From assembly GCA_000708835.1 (NCBI GenBank), contig DF237550.1, positions 1-52,760 of the forward strand: a DNA stretch of 52,760 nt, in the 5' to 3' direction. Of this stretch, positions 49,532 through 52,760 are shown one piece after another. Each line of letters opens with the position of its first letter. Within the stretch, counting starts at the first letter, position 1. The notes beneath the pieces were generated by a model that was not told where the DNA came from, ran no database searches, and saw only the letters and a program-made list of their open reading frames with translations. Source of the stretch: Klebsormidium nitens (Eukaryota > Plantae > Klebsormidiophyceae). Made by a program: the position numbers and the translations under genes.

Positions 49532-52044
49532 CTACGCGGAGAAGACCGAAGGCCCAAGCGTTGCTCCCCATTGTGACAACGCTTGTTGCATCCAGTCATG
49601 TCGCAACTTGGTGATAGCCTCATCAAGAGGACACTGCATGCAAAAATCAGATTCTGAGTACTTGCCAGATGTCTTGAGCCCTTGACAAAACGTCAACACG
49701 GCACAACTCGACCCTTACTGATGATACAAAGCCTAGTGCCATTGTTGGACAGAAGATGCTCAGATTATCCCAGACTTGTCCAAAACATCCTCCAATACCA
49801 ACACATCCAAAAGCGAACCAGCATTTGAGACAGCAGTATTGCAGCAGATCACTGACTGATCAACAGGTATAATAAATAGCAGCTGGAGCATCTCCACCTC
49901 AAACTCAACTAGACGCGAAAACCTCACCCAAGATCGTGATCTGCTGTCTTGCTCGGGCCATGTTTCCATTTCTTCCGTGACACGAAGTGGGTATACATAT
50001 GCTCTACAATCTAACTGCGTCCAATTCCCGTCCTCCTGTTCCTTCCGCTTGCTCTTGAAGTCGTAGGCTCCCAAAGCCTCCTGTAACAACATATTCACAC
50101 CCTGCTCACTTCAGTTATTTACGAAATCCCAGAAACAGTAAGAACCATCGTCAGCGGACTTGAGCGCGACGGCGCTGATGTTACCTAGAGCGTAGAAAGA
50201 CAGCATTCCGATCAACCCTGACAATTCCACGGTACAAACATTTTGCGCCAGTTTCAAATTCATCTGATGGGTGCACACTTTCAAGTTTGTCATGGTTCAA
50301 ATGATAGGTAATCCGTGGTTTCATCCCCTGGTCCAAGTTGTTTGTTTGAAAGGGCAACAGGAAAAGAAAAGTTCTTGCCGGGTCTCACCCCAAGAACTCC
50401 CCTGACGCCGGCTTCTTCCATCGCCTCTCGAAGGGCAGCCTCCTCCATCGTTTCGTCGATCTCCCATCCCCCCTGCATCATTTGATGCATGTTAGGCTCT
50501 CAGAAAACATCAATCCTCTTTTGACTCCTGCGTCTCCTCTTTTGATTTAGACATATCGTTCCGTTCATGGAGAAGCACTTGCGAATGAAGCTCCGACAGA
50601 AGCTCTGCCAGCAGCCTCCAAGTGCTCCGAGTCTGATATTCAGCGGAATTTGCAGTGCTTGCGTGACGAGTGGACACACCTGACTGTGACCACAATTACA
50701 CCATTGCTTCCAGGAGCCCTTCCTACTTGATTTTCAAATTACCGAAGTACGTCCGAGGACAGAACTTTCAACCGAATCTACCCTTGGTAATTGATACGAG
50801 GCTCAAAGATACTCCAACCAAAGACACTAACAATGCCAGAACAAAGGCGGAAGTCGACAGCAACGGATCCCGACCTTTGGGAAAAGAAGCGCCTTGCCAT
50901 GTTGGCTCGTAATCAACAGCACCTCTGTGATGTCTTGGCTCCTTCCATCAGCACCAACTTTTGAAACAGTCCGATATGGTATGCATCTGCAAACGGGGAT
51001 GGACAAATTTACTATGCAGCCTTCCGGAACCCGCTCACTGCAAGTCAAAAAAGCCTGCCAACAATATCATGGAAACGGGGACAAAGCACTTAGAGTAGAT
51101 TAAGCAATCTCTCTCATCTCTGGTTGGTGTTTTACGATTCGAGCATGCAAGAACTACCTACCAGAGCTGATACTTTGCAAAAGTCGCACTTAGTCTGGAC
51201 CATTTGGACAACCCCTATCAGCTTAACTCAAAACCCTAAGATGCATTGAGAACCAGCTGTGCAGGGAAAAAATTTCAAAGACCAGTTACTGACTCTCCCT
51301 GTCTCAGAGATGCTATCCAAAAATGCGGCTCCGATTTGACAAGGGAAGACATTCTTGAATTTTGGATCAGTCCCCACAAGCTCTATCCAAATCCGGGATC
51401 CCCCAGTCCACAATCTCAGAACAATCTCAGCATCAGTATGACTTACAAAGACACAAATCACGAAGCACCTGGTAAACTAACAGTTAATTTTATGTTGAGG
51501 ACAAAAAGCTCGCTCCCTTCCCACCTCCACCGGCAACCCAAGCATCATAGCATTCTCAGAGTAAAGCCTCAGTCAAGCAAAGGGAAGGTTTCAGATATGA
51601 GCGACAGGACATGCTTCAAATCTTCTGAAAGCTACAAGATCGCATTCTGTTGTTAGCAGCAGCCGGTCGAAGAGTTCATCAGCATCTTCAAGCCGGGAGA
51701 AACTCTTCCACCATTACCATCTTTCCATACACGGCTGTTCTGAACTTCTCAACATGAGGGCAGGATGAATCACCCAAATGTACAATAGAGCCTGAGTTAA
51801 TCAACAGGGTCACTAAGCAGCAGAAATCACAAAAGAGGAGTTGCTACATACAGTTAGTCAACCAAGATCAGGATGCTTGGCTGCCCATAGGAGACTTGGC
51901 ATCTCACCCAGCCAGCAGCCGCACACCATTCTCGTATCGTTGCTTGTGCCGCCCTGTGCGTGCCACAAGAGGTGATTCCGACCCTGAAGGACTAATTCTT
52001 CCTGTGACAACCGCAGTAGTACCATTCACCACAACAGGCTGCAT
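49532..52044 (-). CDS. Nudix hydrolase, plant DIPP-like (NUDT12/13/16/17/18-type)
   Basis: LVARTGRHKQRYENGVRLLAG|CIPYR...EVLLITSQHGKALLFPK|GGWEIDETMEEAALREAMEEAGVRG (complete Nudix box)|YDFKSK...VTEEMETWPEQDSRSRSW|...RHDWMQQAL...* (stop 49532-49534). The true start is uncertain and may lie further upstream. Confidence 0.92.
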
Positions 52045-52760
52045 CGTGTGGTGACAAAGCTCTCTTGCAGCTGTGCTGCGGAGATTTCCGCACAGCCAAT
52101 CCAGAACTAACGCGAGTGCGCTTGGCTTATCTACAGACTTTTCCACAGGCGCACCCCATCTTGCTAGACGAGCAAACCGGCCAGCCAGACAGGAGTGCGA
52201 GAGGTTGTTCGGAGGTCACATGTCCGATCGGAGCTCCTGGCTGACATTCAAAAACTCGCAATATCATTGTTGTAACATTCTGAGCACCGTCTCAAAAGAT
52301 TGTACATGCGGCCCGGCCCAATCCACTCAATCCAGCAACCTTTATACCTTTCTGTATCAATGCATTCAGCTCAGTTCATAATTCTGATTAACCCTTGTGC
52401 AAATCACCAGATCCTGCAGCGAAGACGCCTGGAAGTGCTTCTAAAAAGTAGCTCTCAGAGTCTCAACACTGAACAGCCTGAGGGTTTCTTGTTGGAAGTG
52501 CTCAAGGCTCAAGCCTAGGTTGCCTGCAGGATTGGAAGGAGCCTGGGCCTCGAACAATCTGACGTCAAGCTTTGAACAGCCCGGCCAAGCGAGTCGTCTG
52601 GGAACTCAGCCTTCAGGTCAGCATGCGGAGGCCCCATTGTCCTTGAGTTCGAATCTGAGCACGCCGTAACCTGCCTTGGTGCGTACAATGCTGGAGCGCA
52701 ACAGGGCCCACCACTGAGTTTCCTTGTGAGTGGAATGAAGGGGTGTTAGTGCCAATTTTT

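Overview
Eukaryotic, intron-rich (GT-AG) genomic DNA with plant/streptophyte-alga-like genes (Klebsormidium-like; this is inference, not proven). I assembled gene models by hand from splice sites and reading phase. Left to right: (1) a two-ORF spliced unit, with a small Zn-finger/coiled-coil ORF overlapping a Crinkler-like P-loop NTPase + PD-(D/E)xK-type nuclease gene whose N-terminus carries a 2A-like motif (LLMRGGVETNPGP) and a duplicated helical header exon; (2) an ~10 kb block with no recognisable intact gene, holding degenerate transposon-like sequence (possible Penelope-like RT remnant, short-motif arrays); (3) an RIN2/gp78-like RING-CUE E3 ligase; (4) a GNAT acetyltransferase; (5) a CbbY-like HAD protein; (6) a secreted Hedgehog-type Hint autoprocessing precursor that appears to release a 64-aa, 4-Cys, Gly/Ala-rich bacteriocin-like hairpin; (7) DMC1; (8) a SurE-like phosphatase; (9) an inverted-repeat-flanked assembly gap; (10) a DIPP-type Nudix hydrolase. 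The two best candidates for undescribed systems are the 2A-like/Crinkler unit and the Hint-released hydrophobic hairpin. No database searches were run; family calls rest on motif recognition.
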